From positions 1-34,817 of the forward strand of contig NIVC01003626.1 in the NCBI GenBank assembly GCA_002269645.1: DNA of 34,817 nucleotides, written 5' to 3'. The stretch is from Macrostomum lignano. Its lineage: Eukaryota. Both the position numbers and the translations under genes were made by a program. This document shows positions 21,822 through 33,594 of the stretch, in pieces; the stretch's first letter is position 1; the number at the start of each line of letters is the position of its first letter. The notes under the pieces are model-generated. The model was not told where the DNA came from. It ran no database searches and saw only the letters and a program-made list of their open reading frames with translations.

Positions 21822-23950
21822 TATCTTAGGGCTTACCCTACTTCTATCTTAATAAATGATTCTTTAGCTATCACTAGCTATAATAGTAGGCCTATATATT
21901 GTTCTGTCTATTTAAATATCCTAAAATCTACCACTAAGTTGTAATAGGTCTAACTTTCTATTTAATTAATCCTATTGTATTTTACTTTTTCAATCTTAGT
22001 ATAAGTTTAGTAGCATTCCTAATACTAATAGTGTTCTTGGTAGCATCCTTAGTAGCATTTTTATATAAATCGTGTTTGTGTAATCTTGGCCTGAGCATTC
22101 TTACTAGTATGTATACTATTCTCCAGTCTAAGCATTACCAAGATTAGAGGGTCAAAGTGCTTAGTCTAAACATGTATTAGAATCTCTAAATATGTATTAG
22201 AACTTAGAATCTCTTACTATAAAATGATTGGCAATTTAGTATAGGCCTATGGCAATGTATATGAGAATGTTCAATTAATCTCTCTAATATGAGAACAAAA
22301 AATGAAAAAAAAATTTGTAAACATGTTTAGAAGCTTAGGCCTATAGCAAGTGAATAAGTTGGTCTCTTTCCTTTAAACTTTACTCTTAGGTCTTAGTCTT
22401 ATTTATACTAAGTTGATCAGATATTTAAAACAAACATCAAATATTAAGAATATTTTGCAAATTAAAACAAATATAAAATTTTTGTATAGATTTTAAAACT
22501 AGAGTTTTGAAGTAGAAGGGTTTATTCTAAGCAGTTTTGCTACTTTTAATAAAGGTCTTGCTAGTTGAATTCCTATTTGTCTAGAGGAAATTCTTTGAAA
22601 GATTAAAATTACAAAAAAGCAGTTTTGCTTTTATGCTACTAACAGTAGTTCAGCCCCAGGGAAGTAATAGAAGTCAGGGGAAATTTAGAAACAGCAAGTT
22701 TGTCTACCAATATAGAGCTATTGAGCTCTGGGAAAAGTATCCATTGGGACAAATTTGTGACATTGTATTTCAAGTGAATATAAAAGGAAGTCTTTCCTTG
22801 AATAGAAAGATATAAAATAAGAACTTTCCTTCTAAAAATCCTAGGGAATAGGGTAAGTTTAGTATAAGAATAGGGAGGCTAAAAGGTGTTTACCATTTAG
22901 TCTAAATAAGGGACAGAGTCTACTTGAACTTATTATACTAAGAAACCAACATTTTCTTAATTGTGCTAGAACTAGAACTAGAACTAGATCTGAACTGAAC
23001 TAGATCGCACTGATTATACTTGTTCAGGGCCTGCAACTCCACTTGCTTCCTAGGTAATTTTGGATTTGGGATTTCTCAATTTTGGGTAAATAGCAAGAGA
23101 AACTATAATTGTATTAATGCTAAATGCCTTGCCATCTAATTAGTACTATATTAATATTACTTTTATGTTTTTTTTCGGGTGGGTTTTTTGCAACTTACCT
23201 TGGCTGAGCCCCTCAGATTGGCCAGCTTGGCCAGGTGTTGCACATGTATGATCTCTAAAGACCCTTTAGTCTGTAAAAGGACTAACAGAAAGAAAAATGT
23301 CTAGCTGATAGTTTTATTGCCAAAGGCCTATGAAACACCTTAAAACAAAATTTTACTATATAAAAGTTATGTATAATTTGTTATTCATAGCAAATGTTAT
23401 ATAATTTTGTTTTGTTATTTCTGATCTTACAACAATCACTGCAAAATAGAATTCAACAATTGTCATGCATCTCATGGCCTTCAACTTATGGGCATGGGCT
23501 CACTATGCTCTTTCAATGGAGTTACATTGCTGGATACCAGGGTAAGTGCTTTTTCCTTTGCTGCTTTACTTTTTACAGTTTCTACAATTTATTAAATTCA
23601 GCAAACTAAACTTTAAATTAAAAGTATTAAAATTTTAATGCAATCTCATAATTTAAGTAGCCTAATAATTTTGGTTCATCATTTATATTTGCAAGTAGTT
23701 ATGTTTCATTTAATTTCTTGCAGAATTTTTTCTAAAATTAAAATTTCTAAGTTTAGTAGTAATTGTCTTGAATAAACCTAGTCTCAAGGATGGTTTCCTA
23801 AATTACAATTCAAGGGCTTAACCATTACTTGTGCATCTTAATCTGACTTCAGAAAAATGTGATCCCAATTTTACAAGCCCAACATTTCGTTACTTAACTT
23901 AATCAAAAAATTTTTTTCAGCCATCTAGAGACTTTGCACTGTCTCTTGCA

Positions 23951-25002
23951 CCCAGATCCTCAGTTGCTGGGCCAGCATCCCAGATCCTCAGTTTCTGGGC
24001 GAGCCTCCCAGATCCCCAGTTGCTAGGCCAATCTCAGATCCCCAGTTGCTGGGCCAGTCTCAGATCCCCAGTTGCTGGGCCAGTCTCAGATCCCCAGTTG
24101 CTGGGCCAGTCTCTCAGATCGTCAGTTTCTGGGCCAGCCTCCCAGGTCCTCAGTTTCTGGGCCAGCCTCCCAGATCCCCAGTTGCTGGGCCAGCCCCCCA
24201 GAGTGTCAGTTGCTGGGCCGGCCTCCCAGCGTGTCAGTTGCTGGGCTAGCCTCCCAGATCCTCAGTCTCTGGGCCAGCCTCTCAGATCCCCAGTTGCTGG
24301 GCCAGCCTCCCAGATGCTCAGTTGCTGGGCCAGCCTCCCAGATGCTCAGTTGCTGGGCCAGCCTCCCAGATCCCCAGTTTCTGGGCCAGCCTCCCAGATC
24401 CTCAGATGCTGGGCCAGCCTCCCAGATGCTCAGTTGCTAGGCCAGCCTCCCAGATCCCCAGTTTCTGGGCCAGCCTCCCAGATCGTCAGTTGCTGGGCCA
24501 GCCTCGCAGATGCTCAGTTTCTGGGCCAGCCTCCCAGAGTGTCAGTTGCTGGGCCGGCCTACCAACGTGTCAGTTGCTGGGCCAGCCTCCCAGATGCTCA
24601 GTTGCTGGGCCAGCCTCCCAGATCCCCAGTTTCTGGGCCAGCCTCCCAGATCCTCAGATGCTGGGCCAGCCTCCCAGATGCTCAGTTGCTGGGCCAGCCT
24701 CCTAGATCCCCAGTTTCTGGGCCAGCCTCCCAGATCCTCAGATGCTGGGCCAGCCTCCCAGATGCTCAGTTGCTGGGCCAGCCTCCCAGATCCCCAGTTT
24801 CTGGGCCAGCCTCCCAGATCGTCAGTTGCTGGGCCAGCCTCGCAGATGCTCAGTTGCTGGGCCAGCCTCCCAGATGCTCAGTTGCTGGGCCAGCCTCCCA
24901 GATGCTCAGTTGCTGGGCCAGCCTCCCAGCAGATGCTCAGTTGCTGGGCCAGCCTCCCAGAGTGTCAGTTGCTGGGCCAATCTCCCAGATCCTCAGATGC
25001 CT
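23951..25002. repeat. 28-bp minisatellite (CCCAGATGCTCAGTTGCTGGGCCAGCCT), ~37 copies
   Basis: Directly visible. Confidence 0.97.
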
Positions 25003-25600
25003 AACAGTCAAAGTGATGGTAGGTATTAGAAAGCAAGAAAGCATTAAATTGTTCGCCTAGGTTTCTTTTTTCGTTGCAATTCTGTAACCAGAGTCCAAGT
25101 TACAGTTGCAAATGAAATTTTTTTATTTTAATTTTGCAACATCAGAATTGCTGTCAAAATGAACCCATCCAACTTTCAGATTGTGAGTATAGCTGCTCGA
25201 TTATTCGTTATTTTTTACAGGTGTTTCGTTTCACTTCTTCAAGCGCAGAAGCCTGGCAAATGGCAATTGAGGGCTTTTCGTTTTCTTTCGCACCTTCTAG
25301 CAATGATTGCCAATTTGCCTGCTCAGTTTCGGCTCTCGAGTGGCCCAGTTTATTTTTAACATTCTGAGGGCTCCGCCCACACGACCGCTGCCGCCTCAGT
25401 TCACGCGATTCGATCGCTATTGAGAGCGGAATCTTTTGCCACTCAAAAAGGCTTGGATCTACTTTACACTTTCTGTTTTAGGATTTCATGCGATTGCTTA
25501 TAGGAAATACTCAGTGCATAGATGTTTACTTGTTGCCAAATGGGAATCATCTTTAAACTTTCATTAAACAGAAGTCTTTACCAGCTAGCTTTTGATTCCA

Positions 25601-26085
25601 GCTTCCCGCAGTCTCACTCCCGCTTCCCACAGTTTCACTCCCACCCCACAGATTCACTCACTCCCGCTTCCCACAGTTTCACTCCCGCTTCCCAAAGTTT
25701 CACTCCCGCTTCCCACAATTTCACTCCCGCTTCCCACAGTTTCACTCCCGCTTACCACAGTTTCACTCCCGCTTTCCACAGTTTCACTCCCGCTTCCCAC
25801 AGTTTCACTCCCGCTTCTCACAGTTTCACTCCCGCTTCCCACAGTTTCACTCCCGCTTCCCACAGTTTCACTCCCGCTTACCACAGTTTCACTCCCGCTT
25901 ACCGCAGTTTCACTCCCGCTTACCACAGTTTCACTCCCTCCCGCTTCCCACAGTTTCACTCCCTCGAACCTCCCGCAGTTTCACTCACTCCAACTTCCCG
26001 CAGTTTCACTCACTCCAACTTCTCGCAGTTTCAACCGCTTACCACAGTTTCACTCCCAGTTTCACTCCCGCCTCCCGCAGTTTCA
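25601..26085. repeat. 21-bp minisatellite (CCACAGTTTCACTCCCGCTTC)
   Basis: Directly visible, ~22 copies with degenerate edges. Confidence 0.96.
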
Positions 26086-26527
26086 TTTATTTTCATTCCA
26101 AATCTTACAAATAGTACTTTTTGAGAATCGATCAAAGGAATATTTTGCATTTAATGGCATTTTTGCACCTATCTTAATGCTAGCTAATTCACCTGTGATA
26201 TCTTTAGCACCCAATTAGCACAGTCAGGGTATGCTGTCTCACAATGTACAACTTTTTCATTAGATTAATTAAAGTGTTTGCTTAAACTTTTCCACTCTGG
26301 CAAATTTCTGTGTTCTTAACTCAACCACTTTCCAATTCGATTAGTATTGTTTAACTGTGTCTTTGTGCGGCCCATTGTTCAATAAACCGGGTTTGCTGTT
26401 ACCAAGGGATCTGCATTGATTTGTCTAGAAGCATTTTCATCATAATTTCTTTTTTATTTGCCAATGTGTGCTTAAAGGTTGTTTCAATCCGGTGTTGATT
26501 CATAAAGTCACTTTTACCGTGCCATAT

Positions 26528-27015
26528 GAATCTCACATGAGATTTTCTAAGAATCTGCTGTTATCAGAATATCTATAAGAATCTCACATGAGATTTTCTA
26601 AGAATCTGCTGTTATCAGAATATCCATAAGAATCTCACATGAGATTTTCTAAGAATCTGCTGTTATCAGAATATCAACAAGAATCTCACATGAGATTTTC
26701 TAAGAATCTGCTGTTATCAGAATATCCATAAGAATCTCACATAAGATTTTCTAAGAATCTGCTATTATCAGAATATCAACAAGAATCTCACATGAGATTT
26801 TCTAAGAATCTGCTATTATCAGAATATCAACAAGAATCTCACATGAGATTTTTTAAGAATCTGCTGTTATCAGAATATCCATAGGAATCTCACATGAGAT
26901 TTTTTAAGAATCTGCTGTTATCAGAATATCTATAAGAATCTCACCTGAGATTTTCTAAGACTCTGCTGTTATCAGAATATCTATAAGAATCTCACGTGAG
27001 ATTTTCTCAGAATTT
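26528..27015. repeat. 51-bp minisatellite with internal near-palindrome AATCTCA-CA-TGAGATT, ~9.5 copies
   Basis: Period 51 (unit starts at 26528, 26579, ...). Confidence 0.96.
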
Positions 27016-27235
27016 ATCAAGTATCCATAGGAGTAAGAATCTTCTGTTCAAAGTTTCTCCTTTTCTGGTAAATTTTTTAAATTCTATTTAAATACCCTCT
27101 ATAGAGACTATCACTTTAATTACGAGTATCTTAAATGATCCGTAAGGTAAGACGTGACATACAAAACAGAATCAATCAAATGGATCGATACCTAGATAGA
27201 GACAGTTCACTTTTAGTACATAGGAAGGAAGGAAT

Positions 27236-28862
27236 GGCATACAGACAGGGGATACAGACAGGGCATACAGACAGGGCATACAGACAAGGCATACAGACAG
27301 GGCATACAGACAGGGCATACAGACAGGGCATGCAGACATGGCATACAGACACTGCATACAGACAGGGCATACAGACAGGGCATACAGACAGGGCATACAG
27401 ACAGGGCATACAGACACTGCATACAGACAGGGCATACAGACATGGCATACAGACACTGCGTACAGACAGGGCATACAGACAGGGCATACAGACAGGGGAT
27501 ACAGACAGGGCATACAGACAGGGCATACAGACAAGGCATACAGACAAGGCATACAGACAGGGCATACAGACAGGGCATACAGACAGGGCATGCAGACATG
27601 GCATACAGACACTGCATACAGACAGGGCATACAGACAGGGCATACAGACAGGGGATACAGACAGGGCATACAGACACTGCATACAGACACTGCATACAGA
27701 CAGAGCATACAGACATGACATACAGACACTGCGTACAGACAGGGCATACAGACAGGGCATACAGACAGGGGATACAGACAGGGCATACAGACACTGCATA
27801 CAGACAGGGCATACAGACAGGGCATACAGACACTGCATACAGACAGGGCATACAGACAGGGCATACAGACACTGCATACAGACAGGGCATACAGACAGGG
27901 CATGCAGACATGGCATACAGACAGGGCATACAGACATGGCATACAGACAGGGCATACAGACAGGGCATGCAGACATGGCATACAGACACTACATACAGAC
28001 AGGGCATACAGACAGGGCATGCAGACACTGCATACAGACAGGGCATACAGACAGGGCATACAGACGGGATACAGACAGGGCATACAGACACTGCACACAG
28101 ACAGGGCATACAGACAGGGCATGCAGACACTGCATACAGACAGGGCATACAGACAGGGCATACAGACAGGGCATGCAGACATGGCATACAGACAGGGCAT
28201 ACAGACAGGGCATGCAGACACTGCATACAGACAGGGCATACAGACAGGGCATGCAGACACTGCATACAGACAGGGCATACAGACAGGGCATACAGACAGG
28301 GCATACAGACAGGGCATGCAGACATGGCATACAGACAGGGCATACAGACAGGGCATGCAGACACTGCATACAGACAGGGCATACAGACAGGGCATGCAGA
28401 CACTGCATACAGACAGGGCATACAGACAGGGCATACAGACAGGGCATACAGACAGGGCATGCAGACATGGCATACAGACAGGGCATACAGACAGGGCATG
28501 CAGACACTGCATACAGACAGGGCATACAGACAGGGCATACAGACAGGGCATGCAGACACTGCATACAGACAGGGCATACAGACAGGGCATACAGACAGGG
28601 CATGCAGACATGGCATACAGACACTGCATACAGACACTGCATACAGACAGGGCATACAGACAGGGCATACAGACAGGGCATGCAGACATGGCATACAGAC
28701 AGGGCATGCAGACACTGCATACAGACAGGGCATACAGACAGGGCATACAGACAGGGCATACAGACACTGCATACAGACACTGCATACAGACACTGCATAC
28801 AGACACTGCATACAGACAGGGCATACAGACAGGGCATACAGACAGGGGATACAGACAGGGCA
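27236..28862. repeat. 14-bp minisatellite (GCATACAGACAGGG), ~116 copies, within candidate leader intron 27147-28920
   Basis: Directly visible; flanked by donor AAG|GTAAGA (27147) and acceptor TTTTTCAG (28920) with an upstream TACTAAT branch-like site. Confidence 0.97.
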
Positions 28863-29030
28863 CTTTCCCCATATAGTTAAGTATAACAATTTTAATGTTA
28901 CTAATTAATGCATTTTTCAGTTACTGTCAGCTCAGTGCAGCTTCAGTCTATCAGTTCAAATCAGTTCCAATAATCAAGTAATAAACAATAATCTATTGTC
29001 AGCCCGAACTACTAATTAGCTAAAATAATC

Positions 29031-29372
29031 ATGCTTGGCAACGCTCCCATCGGTGATCGGAAACGCAAGATCTATAATACTAATAGTAGCAATAACGCTG
29101 GCGGAGGGCTTGGGCCCAGGCATCAGCCTCCAGCCCCAATGATGTCGCTAATGATGCATCAGGGGCCTGGTCAGGCTCCGATGCCGCCTCATCATCAGTT
29201 TGGCAGCAGTGGAAATGGCCAGCAGATGATGCAGATGCCAGCTATTGGTGCAGCTTCCGGCCCCGCTGCTGCCGCCCAGATGGGCCCCGGCATTGGCGGC
29301 CCAACCTGCGTGCTGTTTGTGAGCGAGATACCGCAGAATACTTGCGAGTTGGAGCTTAAACGAGTTTTCCAG
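29031..29372 (+). CDS. HNRNPL: hnRNP L-like protein, exon 1 (Q/P/G/M-rich N-terminus, RRM1 start)
   Basis: GPTCVLFVSEIPQNTCELELKRVFQ then CAG|GTGAGT, phase 0. Confidence 0.85.
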
Positions 29373-29418
29373 GTGAGTTCATTTATGTGAATGAATGCGT
29401 GAGTTGAAAGTACGGAAA

Positions 29419-29830
29419 TATGTGACAGTCTGGGTTAAAGTGTGACAGCCTGTAACTTAATATGTGACAGCTCGTGAGTTTATGTGTGACAGCCTGTAAA
29501 TGAATTTGTGACAGCCTGTAACGAAATATGTGACAGCTCGTGAGTTAATGTGTGACAGCCTGTGAGTTAATGTGTGACAGCCTGTAAATGAATTTGTGAC
29601 AGCCTGTAACGAAATGTGTGACAGCTTGTGAGTTAATGTGTGACAGCCTGTAAATGAATTTGTGACAGCCTGTAACGAAATGTGTGACAGCTCGTGAGTT
29701 AATGTGTGACAGCCTGTAAATGAACGTGTGACAGCTTGAGAGTTAAAGTGTGACAGTCTATGAGTGTGACAGAGTCAGCGTGATGTGCCTGAGTGTGACT
29801 GTGTGAGGACTAAGACTTGATGGCTGTGAC
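29419..29830. repeat. Degenerate ~23-bp TGTGACAGC-core repeat, hnRNP L-like intron 1
   Basis: Directly visible. Confidence 0.9.
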
Positions 29831-29933
29831 AGTGTTGGCCGTGAGATCATATACAAGTTAACTTACAAGAACCCGTGAATTGCCAGCAGCGATCAGCTGA
29901 ACTCAAATCCAACCAACCTTGTCCCTCGCTCAG

Positions 29934-30235
29934 GAGTTCGGCAAACTGGAGCAGATCCAGCTGATGCCGGCCAAAGGCCAGGCTCTGGTTGAATTTCTTC
30001 GCTTATCAGACGCTGAACGCCTGATGTCAATGTGCCAGTCCGGCTATATCATTGCAGCTAATGGCGGCAACCTGACTGTCTGCTTTGCTAACAGGCAGCG
30101 GATTGACCAGGGACTGGAGTCCTATCAGTCTGCCACTCCACAGACCTGCCTGCTGCTCACATTCTACAATGTGCGAATGGATTTTAACTGCGAGTCTATC
30201 AGGCAGATTTGCGGTCCCTATGGCATTGTGGATCG
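29934..30235 (+). CDS. HNRNPL: hnRNP L-like protein, exon 2 (RRM1, RRM2 start)
   Basis: EFGKLEQIQLMPAKGQALVEF...LLLTFYNVRMDFNCESIRQICGPYGIVDR; acceptor CGCTCAG, donor CG|GTGAGT (phase 2). Confidence 0.9.
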
Positions 30236-30254
30236 GTGAGTGTTCACGCTGCTA

Positions 30255-31278
30255 GAGTGTGGGTCAGTAGATGCCCTCAGTGTGGGTCAGTAGCTACCCA
30301 CAGCCACAGTGTGGGTCAGTAGCTCCCCTCAGTGTGGGTCAGTAGCTCCCCTCAGTGTGGGTCAGTAGCTCCCCTCAGTGTGGGTCAGTAGCTCCCCTCA
30401 GTGTGGGTCAGTAGCTATCCTCAGTGTGGGTCAGTAGCCCCTCTCAGTGTGGGTCAGTAGCTCCCCTCAGTGTGGGTCAGTAGCTATCCTCAGTGTGGGT
30501 CAGTAGCTCCCCTCAGTGTGGGTCAGTAGCTATCCTCAGTGTGGGTCAGTAGCTCTCCTCAGTGTGGGTCAGTAGCTCCCCTCAGTGTGGGTCAGTAGCT
30601 ATCCTCAGTGTGGGTCAGTAGCTCCCCTCAGTGTGGGTCAGTAGCTCTCAGTGTGGTCAGTAGCTATCCTCAGTGTGGGTCAGTAGCTCCCCTCAGTGTG
30701 GGTCAGTAGCTATCCTCAGTGTGGGTCAGTAGCTCCCCTCAGTGTGGGTCAGTAGCTCCCCTCAGTGTGGGTCAGTAGCTTCCCTCAGTGTGGGTCAGTA
30801 GCTATCCTCAGTGTGGGTCAGTAGCTCCCCTCAGTGTGGGTCAGTAGCTCTCAGTGTGGTCAGTAGCTATCCACAGTGTGGGTCAGTAAATGCCCTCTGT
30901 GTGGGTCAGTAGCTCCCCTCAGTGTGGGTCAGTAGCTCCCCTCAGTGTGGGTCAGTAGCTCCCCTCAGTGTGGGTCAGTAGCTCTCCTCAGTGTGGGTCA
31001 GTAGCTCTCCTCAGTGTGGGTCAGTAGCTCCCCTCAGTGTGGGTCAGTAGCTCCCCTCAGTGTGGGTCAGTAGCTCCCCTCAGTGTGGGTCAGTAGCTCC
31101 CCTCAGTGTGGGTCAGTAGCTCTCCTCAGTGTGGGTCAGTAGCTACCCACAGTGTGGGTCAGTAGCTACCCACAGTGTGGGTCAGTAGCCCCTCTCAGTG
31201 TGGGTCAGTAGCTACCCACAGTGTGGGTCAGTAGCTCCCCTCAGTGTGGGTCAGTAGCTCCCCTCAGTGTGGGTCAGA
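30255..31278. repeat. 23-bp minisatellite (AGTGTGGGTCAGTAGCTCCCCTC), intron 2
   Basis: Directly visible, ~44 copies. Confidence 0.97.
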
Positions 31279-31309
31279 AGCCACTCCCAACCATCTCCCT
31301 ACCCAACAG

Positions 31310-31698
31310 CTGCCTGGTCGTGAGCCAGCAAGACGGCCTTCTGCGCGCCGTTCTCGAATTCGAGAAGCTGGAAGATGCCGTGCTGACCAAGCCGAACCTG
31401 AACGGCGCCAACATGTACGCCGGCTGCAACGCCATCAGCTGCGAATACGTTCGGCACACGGCCTTCGAGTACTTCGCCTCCAGGCACCCGGTCATGGAGG
31501 AGTACCGCTACGATCAGGCCGGCGCCATGATGATGGGCGGCGGGCCCCCGCTGGCAAGCGGTTGAGGATGCCGCCGGTGCAGCCGCTGGGAGCCCCGTGC
31601 CTGCTGCCGCTGCTGCGGCTGCCGCTCCGCCTGCCCTCATGATGCAGCCCGCTCAGAGCGGCGCGGTTGCCATGCTGCCTGCTGGGGCTAAGCAGCCG
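31310..31698 (+). CDS. HNRNPL: hnRNP L-like protein, exon 3 (RRM2 and P/A-rich linker; two apparent 1-nt deletions)
   Basis: [35 protein letters not shown] resembles hnRNP L RRM2 (LNGADIYSGCCTLKIEY). Frame restored by adding 1 nt at ~31563 and ~31596; donor CCG|GTGAGC. Confidence 0.85.
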
Positions 31699-31717
31699 GT
31701 GAGCCTGGGTTCTCTGA

Positions 31718-31950
<233 letters not shown>

Positions 31951-32000
31951 ATATTTTCGTACCTTTTTTCCACATGTCCAACTCACAACCGCAACCGCAG

Positions 32001-32222
32001 GTGCCGCCCAATCAGCACTGCGTGATAGTGATCAGAGGCCTGAGTCCTCAGATGAACTGCGACCGGCTGTTTAACATCCTGGCCCTGTACGGCAACGTGG
32101 ACAGAATCAAATTCGTCACCAGCCGGGAGGGATTCGCTCTGGTCCAGATGCTGGACGCTTCATCGGCTCAGCAGGCTGTGGACTTTCTGCACGGACAGAC
32201 CGTGTTGGGCAGCACGCTAAAG
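32001..32222 (+). CDS. HNRNPL: hnRNP L-like protein, exon 4 (RRM3)
   Basis: [21 protein letters not shown] closely matches hnRNP L RRM3 (MNCDRVFNVFCLYGNVEKVKF); phase 0-0. Confidence 0.92.
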
Positions 32223-32289
32223 GTGGGACTCTTGTTTGAGGCTAAATAAAGCACTGTAGAGGTTCATCAGGCAATCTTTAAATGTCTTA

Positions 32290-33300
32290 GATGTCTATAA
32301 TCGGTGACCTTGAAATGACTATAATAGTTTACCTTGAGATGACTATAATAGGTAACCTTAAGATGACTATAATAAGCGAGAACTATAATAAGCGACCTTG
32401 AAATGACTATAATGAGCGACCTTGAGATGACTATAATAAGCGACCTTGAGATGACTATAATAGGTGACCTTGAGATGTCTATAATAGGTGACCTTGAAAT
32501 GACTATAATAGTTGACCTTGAGATGACTATAATAGGTGACCTTGAGATGGCTATAATCGGTGACCTTGAGAACTAAAATAAGCGACCTTGAGAACTATAA
32601 TAAGCGACCTTGAGAACTATAATAAGCGACCTTGAGATGACTATAATAGGTGACCTTGAGATGGCCATAATCGGTGACCTTGAGAACTAAAATAAGCGAC
32701 CTTGAGAACTATAATAAGCGACCTTGAGAACTATAATAAGCGACCTTGAGATGACTATAATAGGTGACCTTGAGATGGCTATAATCGGTGACCTTGAGAA
32801 CTAAAATAAGCGACCTTGAGAACTATAATAAGCGACCTTGAGAACTATAATAAGCGACCTTGAGATGACTATAATAGGTGACCTTGAGATGGCTATAATC
32901 GGTGACCTTGAGAACTAAAATAAGCGACCTTGAGAACTATAATAAGCGACCTTGAGAACTATAATAAGCGACCTTGAGATGACTATAATAGGTGACCTTG
33001 AGATGGCTATAATCGGTGACCTTGAGAACTAAAATAAGCGACCTTGAGAACTATAATAAGCGACCTTGAGAACTATAATAAGCGACCTTGAGATGACTAT
33101 AATAGGTGACCTTGAGATGGCTATAATCGGTGACCTTGAGAACTAAAATAAGCGACCTTGAGAACTATAATAAGCGACCTTGAGAACTATAATAAGCGAC
33201 CTTGAGAACTTTAATAAGCGACCTTGAGAACTATAATAAGCGACCTTGAGAACTATAATAAGCGACCTTGAGAACTAATAAGCGACCTTGAGATGACTAT
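32290..33300. repeat. 22/24-bp minisatellite (GACCTTGAGA[TG]ACTATAATAAGC) with 114-bp higher-order repeat, intron 4
   Basis: The ATGG marker variant recurs at 32547, 32661, 32775, 32889, 33003 and 33117. Confidence 0.96.
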
Positions 33301-33350
33301 AGTAGACAGAGGACTTTGATTAAGCTTCTTACAACGCAAATCCATAACAG

Positions 33351-33554
33351 GTGACGCACTCGGACCAGGGCGCAGTTAAGCGCAACACAAAAGACTTCAA
33401 GCTGGCCGACGGCACTCCGGCCGAGAAGTCTTACGACACCGCCAAGCTTAACAGGTTTATGAATCAGGAGGCTGTGGCTAGGAATCAGGCCTCATTGGGT
33501 CGGACTGGCCGCATCCTGTACTACTGGGGCTGTCCGGAAGGCACTAGCGAGAAG
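33351..33554 (+). CDS. HNRNPL: hnRNP L-like protein, exon 5 (RRM3-4 linker, RRM4 start)
   Basis: FKLADGTPAEKSYDTAKLNRF matches the hnRNP L linker (LEDGSCSYKDFSESRNNRF); donor AAG|GTAAAG, phase 0. Confidence 0.88.
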
Positions 33555-33594
33555 GTAAAGACTGCTTGTCACAGGTGTCTGGGGAGGGAGGCAA

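Noticed and set aside
23951-25002. CRISPR-like hairpin repeat (CCCAG...CTGGG); similarly the 36-, 40- and 51-bp arrays
   Set aside because: Units are head-to-tail with no unique spacers, there are no cas genes, and the context is eukaryotic with spliceosomal introns.
25212-25487. ~90-codon Met-less minus-strand frame
   Set aside because: No credible acceptor (no pyrimidine tract) and no homology.
27135-28908. 488-581 aa HTDRAYRQGIQTG and Cys-rich CLYALSVC ORFs
   Set aside because: The 14-bp unit lacks stop codons on both strands, so all frames are open by construction.
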